Positions 63,411 to 64,000 of a DNA stretch of 64,000 nucleotides are shown here, piece by piece. Within the stretch, counting starts at the first letter, position 1. Each line of letters starts with the position of its first letter. The translations under genes were made by a program, and so were the position numbers. Origin of the DNA: Anaerolineales bacterium (GTDB taxonomy: Bacteria; Chloroflexota; Anaerolineae; Anaerolineales; DRMV01); assembly GCA_027023425.1 (NCBI GenBank), contig JALVVL010000017.1:12942-76941 (forward strand), given 5' to 3'. The notes beneath the pieces are model-generated. The model saw only the letters and a program-made list of their open reading frames with translations, made no database searches and was not told the origin of the DNA.

Positions 63411-64000
63411 TTCTCCAAGTTCAAGGAGTAACCAAGCGCTTCGGCGGCCTGCAGGCGCTAACCCAAGTGACTTTTGACCTGCCGGAAGGCCAAATCTTGG
63501 GTCTAATTGGCCCCAACGGCGCCGGCAAAACCACCCTTTTCAACGTAATTGACGGCGTTTACAAACCAGATGAAGGACGAGTAATCTTTTTAGGCGAAGA
63601 TGTAACAGGGAAAAAACCTTATTACCTCGCCAAAAAAGGCTTAGCGCGCACTCACCAGATTGTACGTCCCCTCAACGAACTCACCGTGCGGGAAAACGTA
63701 ATGGTAGGGGCATGTTTCGGGCACGCGAGCGCAAATTTGAGCACCGCGGCCAAAATAGCCGATGAAGTGCTTGACCTGCTTGGCCTCGCGCCAAAAGCGA
63801 ATGCACTGGCCGGAAGCCTCAACGTGGCTCAGAAAAAACGGTTAGAGATGGCGCGCGCCATCGCCTCACAGCCTAAACTGCTCCTCTTGGACGAGGTGCT
63901 GGCCGGCCTCAACCCTTCCGAAATCGCAAGCATGGTAAAAACCGTGCGCGCGGTCCGCGATCGCGGCATCACCATCATCATGATAGAACACGTTATGAGC
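63407..64000 (+). CDS. livG: ABC transporter ATP-binding protein (LivG-like), 3'-truncated by window end
   Basis: My own translation from ATG 63407: MILQVQGVTKRFGGLQAL..GLIGPNGAGKTT (Walker A)..LNVAQKKRLEMARA (signature-like)..LLLLDEVLAGL (Walker B). ATGA overlap with livM. The ORF is still open at 64000. Confidence 0.85.
   Translation, partial: MILQVQGVTKRFGGLQALTQVTFDLPEGQILGLIGPNGAGKTTLFNVIDGVYKPDEGRVIFLGEDVTGKKPYYLAKKGLARTHQIVRPLNELTVRENVMVGACFGHASANLSTAAKIADEVLDLLGLAPKANALAGSLNVAQKKRLEMARAIASQPKLLLLDEVLAGLNPSEIASMVKTVRAVRDRGITIIMIEHVMS

Noticed and set aside
1-64000. tRNA, rRNA or other classical RNA genes
   Set aside because: Manual reading of the intergenic gaps found only repeat elements and hairpins, with no cloverleaf-compatible sequence containing a T-loop consensus. 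This is a limited negative result and should be confirmed with tRNAscan-SE and Infernal.

Overview
This is a 64-kb, high-GC chromosomal window. By eye it is about 60% GC or more, except for an AT-richer patch at 36.7-39.0 kb. Genes are tightly packed, with many 4- or 8-nt start/stop overlaps. Almost every long intergenic gap is filled by one of at least five families of structured repeats. I saw no rRNA, tRNA, CRISPR array, transposase or integrase by manual reading. Gene content points to a monoderm, Chloroflexota-like organism, but this is inference only. The pointers are a DnaD plus DnaI/DnaC-type loader, F420 genes, a Tad pilus locus without secretin, Pmp-like beta-helix proteins and 'cacagattacacagatt'-type repeats.

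Order of content:
- malic enzyme and asd
- a minus-strand replisome operon: bifunctional nuclease, dnaB, a DnaD-like gene and a tandem-duplicated DnaC/DnaI-like loader
- NERD protein, plsX, and an ECF sigma pair
- comF plus the tad locus (cpaB, REC-tadZ, tadA, tadB, tadC)
- ecfT and a 2004-aa thioester-less alpha-2-macroglobulin lipoprotein
- GAF histidine kinase and a hydrolase
- an F420 cluster: nitroreductase, a pRiA4b-like gene, cofE, npdG
- ROK kinase
- two tandem ~970-aa secreted beta-helix proteins, each ending in a complete sortase domain preceded by a PKTG motif
- a Dam-like methylase with a PD-ExK nuclease cassette abutting recJ
- GT2 and fmt
- an operon of GNAT, a GT-C membrane protein, NSAR/OSBS, cyclase, rsmI, penicillin-acylase family protein and a methyltransferase
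- mgsA, ferredoxin, mutL, cstA
- a small ORF plus two cysteine-free ArsA/Get3-like ATPases
- a Liv-type ABC transporter that runs off the window end

The most unusual element is the sortase-fused surface-protein pair at 30.5-36.6 kb. I propose it as a candidate self-processing, self-anchoring system. All family calls come from motif recognition by eye. No database search was run.
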